Below are positions 38,965-47,180 of a DNA stretch of 64,000 bases, piece after piece. Source of the stretch: an uncultured archaeon (lineage in GTDB: Archaea; Aenigmatarchaeota; Aenigmatarchaeia; QMZP01; QMZT01); assembly GCA_964441265.1 (NCBI GenBank), contig CAYYKJ010000003.1, positions 96,579 to 160,578 of the forward strand, in the 5' to 3' direction. Positions within the stretch are counted from its first letter, which is position 1, and each line of letters starts with the position of its first letter. The position numbers and the translations under genes were made by a program. The notes beneath the pieces were generated by a model. The model did not search any database. It was not told the origin of the DNA and was given only the letters and a program-made list of their open reading frames with translations.

Positions 38965-40877
38965 TATGCCTCCAACTCATCGAGTATCTTCTTCAATACA
39001 CTCTCGGATTCAAGCCCCTCCTCCTTCTTCGTTTTCCTTATTTTCTCCTCGATGTTGTCCATCTTCATGTTGAGGGCGGTTTCCAGAGACTTGCTCCTCT
39101 CTCCCAGGCTTCTGATGTCCGACTCGATGCCCTTCAATTTTTTCTCCAGGTTTTCCACATCTCCCAGCTTTTCGCCTTCCGCGGACTGCCTCGACCCGAC
39201 CGCATCGAGGTCGGACCTGAGGGTGTTTAGCCCATTTTCAATCCTCTTCAGCTCGCTTATCCAGTGGTCCCTTTCATTCACGAACTTCTGCATCTTGACC
39301 GTGACGTCCTTCTCAAGACTCTCCATCTCGCTCCTCTTCTTCCTCAGCCCTTCGCTTATCCTCTCAGTATGATTGTCCATCTCCATTCTCATGTCGCCTA
39401 TTTCACTCCCCATCTCCCTGTTTTTGGATTTCACCTTCTCCAACTCTGAGTCGGTCCTCTTAGCCAGCTCGTTGACGTAGTCCGACATCTGCCCGACCTT
39501 GTTCAGTATGTTTTCCACCTGGTCCTCGTATTTGTCAAGCCTGTCCTTGACCCTGTATTCCAGCGATCCAAAGCCCTTCTTCATCTCCACGTTGTCCGCC
39601 TTGGCCTCCTCGACCTTTTTGTGGAGTTCCTTCTTCTCATTCATAACCCTCTCGAGTTCCATGTCGACCTTTTCCTTGATCACCCTGGATTCGCTCTCCA
39701 GATTTTTCTTCAGGTTCAGAAGATCGTTCTTCAGGTCGTCGGAGGGCTTCCTCACGTTTTTGATTTCCTCCCTGAGCTTCGCTATTTTCTTGTCGAGTGT
39801 GGACTGGCTGTTGTAAACCTTCTTGAAGGACTCCTTTATGTTGCCGAAGTCCCTGCCAAGCCTGTTGAGACCCTTTCTCAGATCCCGCTCGGCAGACTTG
39901 TCGTCCTTCTTGATTTCCTGTATCTCCAGGGACTGAGCCTCCAGCCTGCTGGAGTTCTTCTCTATCGAAGATGATACATCCCCGGAAAGCTTCTGCCGCA
40001 CACCTTCCAGCTCTTCCTTGAACTTCCCCATGTGTTCATCAAAGGCCTTTTTCGAGGATTCATTTGCCTTCTTGATTTTCTGCATATCCAGTGAATGGTT
40101 CTTCAGACTCTGGGAATTGTTCTTTATAGAAGATAAAACGTCTTCGGAGAGTTTTTGCCTCAAACCATCAAGTTCTTTTTTAAGTCCGGCAAAATCCTTG
40201 CTCAGGTCTCTGTCAGAAGATTTGTCCTCTTTTTTTATCTCCTGTATCTTCTGGGCGTGGGCCTCCAGTTTTTTGGAGTTTTCATAAATGGAGGCGAGTA
40301 CGTCCCCGGAGAGCTTTTGCCCCAGCCCATCCAGCTCGTTTTTCAGCTTGTCGATATCCTTGCTCAGGTCCTTTCCGGACGCATTGTCTCCCTTTTTCAC
40401 TTCCTTTATCCTCACGGACTGGGACTCCAGCCTGCTGGCGTTATCCTGGATTGAAGTGACTACGTCCTTGGAGAGCTTCTCTCTCATGGAGTCCATGTCC
40501 CCCCGGAGCTTGTCCAGACGCTTGCTTAAGGCACTTTCTGAGGATTTTTCCCCCTTCCTTATTTTCTTTATCTCCAGGGACTGGCTCTCCAGTCTCTTTG
40601 CGTTCTCTTCAATAGAAGATAGCATTTCCTTGGAGAGCTTCTGCCTCATGGATTCCAGTTCGGCCTTCAGCTTATCCGAATACTTCTCGGATTCCCTGTC
40701 CTCTTTCTTGATTTTCTGTATCTCCAGTGACTGGTCCTCCAGCTTCTGCGAGTTCCCGTGGATTGAGGAAAGCATGTCCTTGGAGAGCTTCTGGTACCTT
40801 CTTTTCCACTCATCTCTCTCCTTTTTCATCTGCTCTATCTTTTCTCCCAGAACCTGGAACCTGTTCATATCAATCAC
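38964..40877 (-). CDS. Coiled-coil protein with six ~54-aa repeats (637 aa)
   Basis: (Q/E)KLSx(D/E)xxxSIxxNxxxL repeats. Confidence 0.8.
   Translation of the reverse strand: MIDMNRFQVLGEKIEQMKKERDEWKRRYQKLSKDMLSSIHGNSQKLEDQSLEIQKIKKEDRESEKYSDKLKAELESMRQKLSKEMLSSIEENAKRLESQSLEIKKIRKGEKSSESALSKRLDKLRGDMDSMREKLSKDVVTSIQDNASRLESQSVRIKEVKKGDNASGKDLSKDIDKLKNELDGLGQKLSGDVLASIYENSKKLEAHAQKIQEIKKEDKSSDRDLSKDFAGLKKELDGLRQKLSEDVLSSIKNNSQSLKNHSLDMQKIKKANESSKKAFDEHMGKFKEELEGVRQKLSGDVSSSIEKNSSRLEAQSLEIQEIKKDDKSAERDLRKGLNRLGRDFGNIKESFKKVYNSQSTLDKKIAKLREEIKNVRKPSDDLKNDLLNLKKNLESESRVIKEKVDMELERVMNEKKELHKKVEEAKADNVEMKKGFGSLEYRVKDRLDKYEDQVENILNKVGQMSDYVNELAKRTDSELEKVKSKNREMGSEIGDMRMEMDNHTERISEGLRKKRSEMESLEKDVTVKMQKFVNERDHWISELKRIENGLNTLRSDLDAVGSRQSAEGEKLGDVENLEKKLKGIESDIRSLGERSKSLETALNMKMDNIEEKIRKTKKEEGLESESVLKKILDELEA
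39830..40793 (-). repeat. Six degenerate ~162-bp coding repeats
   Basis: QKLSKDMLSSI / QKLSKEMLSSI / EKLSKDVVTSI / QKLSGDVLASI / QKLSEDVLSSI / QKLSGDVSSSI. Confidence 0.85.
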
Positions 40878-43266
40878 TCAGCTTCCTCAGGAGATCTTCC
40901 ATTCCGGACTGCTCCTCCTCCGTCCGGGAGAGCGCCTTCGAAAATTTGTCGAGCTTTGAGTTGAGTTTCTCTATTTTTTTCTCCGCAGAATGCTCTGATT
41001 TTTTAACCCTGAGATCGAATTCCCTGGAGATTTCCCTTGTCGACCTTTCCACCTCTTTCCTCAGGGAATCCGAGAGTTTCTCCATGTCCTCCCCGATTCC
41101 GTCCTTTATCTCCATGAACTTGTCTATCTGATCGTCCAGGAGCTTCATCCTGTCCTCTACCTCGCCCTTGGCGGACCTGACCTCTTCCATCATCTTCTTG
41201 AACCTCTCCTCCTGGGCCCCGCTGGACTTCTTGACCTCCCTTTCTATCAGCTTGGATATGCTCCCAAGGCCTTTCCTCTCCACGTCAAGCTCTGACTTCA
41301 CGGACTCGAATTTTTCCCCGAAGCTGTCAACTGCTTTTTCCAGCTTGTCATCGAAAGCATCACGGAACTTGGCGATCCTGGAATCCACTATTTCCTCCTG
41401 GCTTTCCATCTTCTTGTCCACGGAATCCAGCTTGGAATTGACCCTGTCGTTGATCTCCTCCATCTTTTCTCCAAGCCGGGAAGAAACATTATTAACTATC
41501 TCCTTCTTTATCTTCTCTCCCTTCTCGGAGAACCTCTCTATCTCCTTGCCCATCTCCTTGAGGTTCTCCTCCGCCTGGCCCTTGACCACCAGGAACTCCT
41601 TGACGACCTTGTCTACCTCGCCTCTCCTGGCGCTCTCGGCCTCCTCTATCTTTTTGTCTATGAGGGATGACATCTCTCCGAGGCTGTCCTTCAGTGAGTC
41701 GACCTCATCCCTGAACTCTTTTATCTTCTGGTCCTCTTCCTCCTCTATCTCACCGAATCTGCTGTCTATTTTCTCCTTCATCCCCTCGAAGGCGGCCTGC
41801 ATTCCCTTCTCTCTTTCGGCTTCCTCTCCCTCCATCTTCTTCCGAAAGCCATCGATCTCCTTCTCCGCCCTGGCAATCCTTTCGTCAGCGCTCCCGGAGA
41901 CGCCGTCGAGCTTCTTGTCGACCTCCTTCACTGCGGAGTCCAGCCTTTCCGAAAGGGCGGACCTGATGTTCTCCACGGCCTTCTGGAACCTCTCACTGGA
42001 TTCGGATTCCTTCTTCTCAATTTTCCTGTTGAAATCATCAAGCGTCTTCTTTACGCCGGACTCTATGTCTCCGGTCTTTTTCTCGTTCATCTTGATCCAC
42101 TTTCCGACCTCTTCCAGAACGTCCCTCGTTATGTCCTCCCTGATCTTCTCTCCCTTCTCGGAGAACCTCTCTATCTCCTTGCCCATCTCCTTGAGGTTCT
42201 CCTCCGCCTGGCCCTTGACCACCAGGAACTCCTTGACGACCTTGTCTACCTCCCCCTTCTTCGCGTTTTCGGACTCCTCTATCTTACTGTCCAGTCTCTC
42301 GGAGAGGCCTTCCATGTCCTTCCTGGTGTCTTCGAGTCCCTTCCGGACGTCGCTTACGTTGCTGCTGAAGTTCTCGTACGCCTCCTTCATGGCGGACTTC
42401 ATCTCCTTTTCGAGTTTTTTGTACATGAGTTCCACGTGCCTCTCTTCCTTTTCCGAGTGGCTGTCCATCTCCTTCTTGAAGTTCCCCAGCGCCTTCCCGA
42501 ACTCCTTGCCCATCCCCGCCATCTTCTCCTCGTCTTCCTTGAGTCTCTTCTCGAAATCCCCGGAAATGTTATCCAGCCTCTCGTCGAGACTGGCATGGAG
42601 ATTGGTAATCATCCTGTGTATAAACTTCTCCTTCTTTGTGTCCTTCTTCTCAACGTCGGTCTGTATGAGATTGAGAGTCTTTCCCACGTCGGATTTGATA
42701 TTGCTTATCTCGTCCGCAGAATTCTTCCTCATCTCCTGGATGAATTCCTTCATCTCCTTTATGCTCTCGTCGAGGCCCGCGTGGGTCTCCTTTATTTTCC
42801 GGTTTACCTCATCGGCGTCCTCCTTGCCGGACTCGAGTGAAACTACCCTCTTGAGAAGTTCATCGTCCTGCTCCTGCAGGCTCTTCAGCATGGATTCGAA
42901 CTTGGCCTGGGTCTTCTCGTTCTTGAAGACACCGCTGCGTATTTCACTTATCATGCCCTTGAACTCGTCTATCTTGGCCAGGCCGTCCATCAGCGCCTTC
43001 TGGTGACCCCGTATCTCTGTTATGTTGGAATCAAAATCATCGAGCTTCTTCTTTATGGGCTTTATCTGTGTATCGACGAACTCGGTCAGCTTCTGACCCG
43101 CCTCGCTGTAAGCCCCGGCCGCATCCTTCAGCTTCTCGGCCAGCGCCCGGTTCCTCTCTGAAAGCGTGCCCTTCTCGTTCTTGAGGGACTCTATCATCTC
43201 CTTGTGGTATTCCTTGTCCTTCTTCAGTTTGCCCAGCCTGCTCTGAATCTCTTTCAGCTCCTTCAT
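40870..43266 (-). CDS. Long coiled-coil protein with internal duplication (798 aa)
   Basis: GEVDKVVKEFLVVKGQAEENLKEMGKEIERFSEKGEKI occurs twice. Confidence 0.8.
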   Translation of the reverse strand: MKELKEIQSRLGKLKKDKEYHKEMIESLKNEKGTLSERNRALAEKLKDAAGAYSEAGQKLTEFVDTQIKPIKKKLDDFDSNITEIRGHQKALMDGLAKIDEFKGMISEIRSGVFKNEKTQAKFESMLKSLQEQDDELLKRVVSLESGKEDADEVNRKIKETHAGLDESIKEMKEFIQEMRKNSADEISNIKSDVGKTLNLIQTDVEKKDTKKEKFIHRMITNLHASLDERLDNISGDFEKRLKEDEEKMAGMGKEFGKALGNFKKEMDSHSEKEERHVELMYKKLEKEMKSAMKEAYENFSSNVSDVRKGLEDTRKDMEGLSERLDSKIEESENAKKGEVDKVVKEFLVVKGQAEENLKEMGKEIERFSEKGEKIREDITRDVLEEVGKWIKMNEKKTGDIESGVKKTLDDFNRKIEKKESESSERFQKAVENIRSALSERLDSAVKEVDKKLDGVSGSADERIARAEKEIDGFRKKMEGEEAEREKGMQAAFEGMKEKIDSRFGEIEEEEDQKIKEFRDEVDSLKDSLGEMSSLIDKKIEEAESARRGEVDKVVKEFLVVKGQAEENLKEMGKEIERFSEKGEKIKKEIVNNVSSRLGEKMEEINDRVNSKLDSVDKKMESQEEIVDSRIAKFRDAFDDKLEKAVDSFGEKFESVKSELDVERKGLGSISKLIEREVKKSSGAQEERFKKMMEEVRSAKGEVEDRMKLLDDQIDKFMEIKDGIGEDMEKLSDSLRKEVERSTREISREFDLRVKKSEHSAEKKIEKLNSKLDKFSKALSRTEEEQSGMEDLLRKLSD
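41510..42252. repeat. Perfect 110-bp direct repeat (41510-41619 = 42143-42252)
   Basis: Base-by-base comparison, offset 633 bp (211 codons). Confidence 0.88.
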
Positions 43267-45305
43267 AGATTCTTCAGCTCCTTCAGAATTCCGTTAATCT
43301 GATCTTTCTGCTTCCTGGAGGCCTCCATCATCTCCCTCCTCTCCTGAAGGCTCCTGGTGATCACGTTGTCGAACTGGGCCTTAAGGGTCTTGATTTTCCC
43401 GTTGATGTCCGATATGTTCTCCCTGATCTCGCCTATGGCCTTCTTGTGCTGGTTGGTGTCCTTGCCGAGCGCGTTGAGGAAATCGAGTCCCTTGTTTATG
43501 CCGGATATGTCGGAAAGCAGCTCCCTCTTGTCGCTGTTTGACTTCCTCTTGACCTCCCTCACGGCCTCCTTTATCTCGTCTATCTCCCCCGTCTTGTTCT
43601 CGATCCTCTCCACGAGTCCTTTCATGCCGGTCAGAGACCTCACCGTCTCCTGAAGATCCCCCAGGTCGCTCTTCATGCCCGTGATGCTGTCCTTGAAATC
43701 ATCCTGATTGCCCTTGAATTTCTCCACACTGCTCTCGAACTTGTTAAGCTGATCCCCGAACATCTTTATGGTGGGGTTCACCACGTCCTCGAACTGGGAG
43801 AATTTCGAATCTATCGAGTCAACGTTGTCCTTGTTGCTCTTCACCATCTTCATCATGTTCTTCTCCATGTCATCGAGCCTGGAATCCACCACTTCCTTGA
43901 ATTTGCTCTTTATGGACTCATCCATCTCCTCGCCGAAATCCTTCTGCTGATCCTCGAATTCATTCACCCTTTCCTCCATCTCTCCCAGACGGTCGTCAAT
44001 GAGTTTCAGCGTGGGCCTGAAATAGTTCTCCAGTTTGGTTATTCTGGAAATCATATCATTGACTTGTTCCTTGGCTATGACCAGATTCTTTGTGGACTTG
44101 TCCTCCAGCTCGGCTATTTTTGATTCGGAGAAGTCCTTGAACAGATCCCCCACCTGTTCCTTCATGGATTTCTGAATGGAATCTCTCAGGGCATTTATCT
44201 TCTCGCCCATTTCTCTGCCCAGTTCCTTTTCTTCCTGCCCCCTCTTGTCTATCAGGTCCTTCAGTTCCGAGTCCTTGTCCTTCAGGGATTCGGAAAGCTC
44301 TTTCTTCTCTTCTTCCATTTTCGAGAGCCTTTCCTGTATATTTTCAATCTCCTTGAAGCCGGTTTTCATCTTTGATACCTGGTTCGTGGTGGAGGAAAGC
44401 TTCTTGTTTTCAGAAACCAGATTGTCTTTCATCCTCTCCACTTTTTTGTATAAAGGTACTACCTTTTCTCCCATCTTGCTGTCTATCATCTTCGGGATCA
44501 CCTTCTCCTCCAGCTCCCTGGCAGAAATGACAAGGTTGTTGAGTTTCTCTATGTTTTCCGGCCCGAACTTCTCGTTAAGGAATTCCACCCTCTCCTCGAG
44601 GTTGGAGAGCTTTCCTATCTCTTTTGCCTGGTCATTGAGCCTCAATATCTTGGTCTCGGTGGTCTCCCTGAAGCTGTCCATGTCCTCCTTCAGCCTTCTT
44701 ACGCTGTTTTTCACCTGTATGAGTTCATCTTTAAAATCCATTGTCTCCCCGAATGCAGAAAGTCCCTTGGAGACGTCCTCACCGCCCTTGGTGGGAGGCG
44801 CCGGAGGGGCGGAAACCTTTTCGGAAAGGTCTTTCAGCGTTCCTTCCAGGGCGCTTATCTTATCATCGGTGGATTCCTGCATCTTAGAAACAATCTTCCT
44901 GACGTCCGCACCGCCCGATTTCTTGTCCCCCTTCTCGATCTTTTCGCTTATGCTCTTTATGCTCTCGTTTACCGCCTTCATTTGATCATTGAACTTCTTT
45001 TCTATGCCATCCACCGCAGCCTTGACGTCCGGTCCGGCCGGCGGAGGTGGCTGCGGCTGCCTGGACTGCTGAGGGGGCGGTGATTTCGCGGGCGGATCGG
45101 GCTCATCCGCAGAACTTGACGACATTTCCTCTATCACGTCGGACAATTCCTCCTTCTCGCTCTCCAGTTCCTTGATTTTTTTTTGCTGTTCCTCGAGTTT
45201 TTTCTTTGCGTCGTTATTTCCATCGGCCTTGTCCGAAGAATCTTCCATTCCCTTGTCAAGAGCGCCGACACCGCTGAGCTCTGAAGAACCTTTATCCTTT
45301 GCCAT
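43263..45305 (-). CDS. Long coiled-coil protein with Pro-rich N-terminal linkers (~680 aa)
   Basis: Heptad-rich; GAGGGG SD before ATG 45305; TATA-like TTTATAAA near 45390. Confidence 0.8.
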   Translation of the reverse strand: MAKDKGSSELSGVGALDKGMEDSSDKADGNNDAKKKLEEQQKKIKELESEKEELSDVIEEMSSSSADEPDPPAKSPPPQQSRQPQPPPPAGPDVKAAVDGIEKKFNDQMKAVNESIKSISEKIEKGDKKSGGADVRKIVSKMQESTDDKISALEGTLKDLSEKVSAPPAPPTKGGEDVSKGLSAFGETMDFKDELIQVKNSVRRLKEDMDSFRETTETKILRLNDQAKEIGKLSNLEERVEFLNEKFGPENIEKLNNLVISARELEEKVIPKMIDSKMGEKVVPLYKKVERMKDNLVSENKKLSSTTNQVSKMKTGFKEIENIQERLSKMEEEKKELSESLKDKDSELKDLIDKRGQEEKELGREMGEKINALRDSIQKSMKEQVGDLFKDFSESKIAELEDKSTKNLVIAKEQVNDMISRITKLENYFRPTLKLIDDRLGEMEERVNEFEDQQKDFGEEMDESIKSKFKEVVDSRLDDMEKNMMKMVKSNKDNVDSIDSKFSQFEDVVNPTIKMFGDQLNKFESSVEKFKGNQDDFKDSITGMKSDLGDLQETVRSLTGMKGLVERIENKTGEIDEIKEAVREVKRKSNSDKRELLSDISGINKGLDFLNALGKDTNQHKKAIGEIRENISDINGKIKTLKAQFDNVITRSLQERREMMEASRKQKDQINGILKELKNL

Positions 45306-45416
45306 GGACACCCCTCTTATTTGCGGACCTTATTATATGAACATACTATATTGACTGTGACTACTTATACTTAATCTAAAGCTAACTGATTTATAAATAT
45401 CCACATTCCGGGGACA

Positions 45417-46247
45417 CTAGATAATCCTGTTTATCTCGTCCCTGGTTATGACTTCTTTCTCCTTCTTCTTCCCTACACCGAAAAGTCTCAGGAAGGATTC
45501 CACCAGCCCGGGGGACTTGTATTCGATACCGAGCAGTTTTCCGGCGAGCTTCTTGAATTCCTTTCCTGAAGGGGAATTCTCGTTGTAAAGAACAACGGGG
45601 ACCTTCAGGGCGAGGCTCTTTAGTATGTTCTTGTCCATGGGTATCTTGGAGATTATGGGGAGCTCCACCAGCTGCTCTATCTCCTGCTGACTGAGTTCGT
45701 ATTTTTCCTTGCCCACCATGTTGAGCACGACGCCCAAAGCCTTGGTGCCGATGTCATTGGCGACCTGGTGGCATTTTATTATGTCCATGGTGGAGGGAAC
45801 GAAGGGTGTGTTTATGAATATGACCTCGTCGCTGGCCTGGAGCGTGGCCATGGCATCCCTCCCCAGCCCCGGGGCGGAATCGAGCAGTATTATGTCGGTC
45901 TTGCCGAAAAGCTCCTTTATGACGTGCTTCAGCTTCGCTATGTCCACCCCCTTCATGTCGTTGTAAGAAAGGGAAGCGGGTATGACCCTCAGGCCGGAGA
46001 TGTGATAATCATAAAGCGCCTCGTGTATCTTGACCTCTTCCTTGAGGACCTGGTTCAGGGTCACGGGGCAGTAATACATGCCCAGATAGAGGCCGAGGTG
46101 GGAGGTGGATATATTGGTGTCTATTATCACGACATCTTTCTTGTATTCCGAGGCGAGGACGGAGCCCAGGTTGGCAACCACTGTGGTTTTCCCAACACCC
46201 CCCTTGCCGGAGACTATCCCTATAACCCTTGTCAATTTCTCACCCAA
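45417..46247 (-). CDS. minD: MinD/ParA family ATPase
   Basis: Deviant Walker A SGKGGVGKTT, LDSAPGLG, GVVLN, C-terminal amphipathic GLVESFLRLFG. Confidence 0.88.
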   Translation of the reverse strand: MGEKLTRVIGIVSGKGGVGKTTVVANLGSVLASEYKKDVVIIDTNISTSHLGLYLGMYYCPVTLNQVLKEEVKIHEALYDYHISGLRVIPASLSYNDMKGVDIAKLKHVIKELFGKTDIILLDSAPGLGRDAMATLQASDEVIFINTPFVPSTMDIIKCHQVANDIGTKALGVVLNMVGKEKYELSQQEIEQLVELPIISKIPMDKNILKSLALKVPVVLYNENSPSGKEFKKLAGKLLGIEYKSPGLVESFLRLFGVGKKKEKEVITRDEINRII

Positions 46248-46296
46248 TGATTTAATTTAATTTCTGGTTTATAATATATTTCCCCGCTTTCATTAT

Positions 46297-46965
46297 CTAC
46301 CATTTCAGGTCACAGAGTATCCTGGAGAGCTCGTTCTCGTTCCTCACGACCATGGGGAAGTCCTTTATCTCCTTGAATTCCCGGTTAAGCCTGAACATAT
46401 AATTTATCAGGTTCTTTTCAGAGGAAATGGAAATTAGAGTGGATATTATCCTGATCACGACCTCAGCCCTGTATTTCTTGGTCAAGGACATGAGATTGGA
46501 GAAGAGCACGAAAAGGAATATGTCTGTGAATATGTCTGACCCGTATTTACCCAGCACATCCCTGTCGTTCCTGTAGAGTATCCTTATTTTTCTCAGGTCG
46601 AAAAGGGTGTCGTGATATTTCTCTATGAACTTCTGAACCTCTTCCCACTTGACCCTCACCAGATCATTCGGCAGCCACTGCCCAGGGCTCTCTATCCTCT
46701 CGGGCTGCGCATACCTGTTCTTTATGTATTTGGGTATCCAGTCGAACTTGGGCTTCAGGTATTTTCCGCTCTTCGTTATGTATCCGTCCTCTATCATGCA
46801 CTTGAAAAGGGGTTTTCCGAGGCCGGACTCGTTGTGGTAAAGATAGTTGGTCTTTATGCCCCATTTTGTCTGTATGCTGAAAAGGGACATCCCGTCCTTC
46901 CTGCTGGCGCAATTTATCCACACCAGCCAGAAGTTCTTATAACCGGTAAGCGTCGCCTTTGTCAT
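46297..46965 (-). CDS. Hypothetical protein (222 aa), possible winged-helix N-domain
   Basis: Long ORF with TATA-like upstream element; no recognised family. Confidence 0.7.
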   Translation of the reverse strand: MTKATLTGYKNFWLVWINCASRKDGMSLFSIQTKWGIKTNYLYHNESGLGKPLFKCMIEDGYITKSGKYLKPKFDWIPKYIKNRYAQPERIESPGQWLPNDLVRVKWEEVQKFIEKYHDTLFDLRKIRILYRNDRDVLGKYGSDIFTDIFLFVLFSNLMSLTKKYRAEVVIRIISTLISISSEKNLINYMFRLNREFKEIKDFPMVVRNENELSRILCDLKW

Positions 46966-47180
46966 AAAAGATCATTTTTTCTTGTATAAATATACTATGA
47001 GCCACTTTATAAGCTTTTACACTCGTGATTTTGAAGATAACTGAAATCGATATGTTACCTTTATACTAAAAATTTCAGAAAAAATCGGCTGACCCCCCGA
47101 AAATGAACATTAGTCGTTTGTTAAAATCGGGAAAAAAATCACTAAAAATTTATATATCTATACTATTTATCCAGTATAAA

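Noticed and set aside
22616-43006. Long antisense ORFs such as 22616-24070 and 41168-43006
   Set aside because: They lie opposite well-supported genes and have the Ser/Phe/Leu-rich or motif-free composition expected of antisense shadows.
35230-45305. Coiled-coil genes as SMC/Rad50 or chemoreceptors
   Set aside because: No Walker A/B, signature, hinge, zinc-hook or MCP hairpin motifs.
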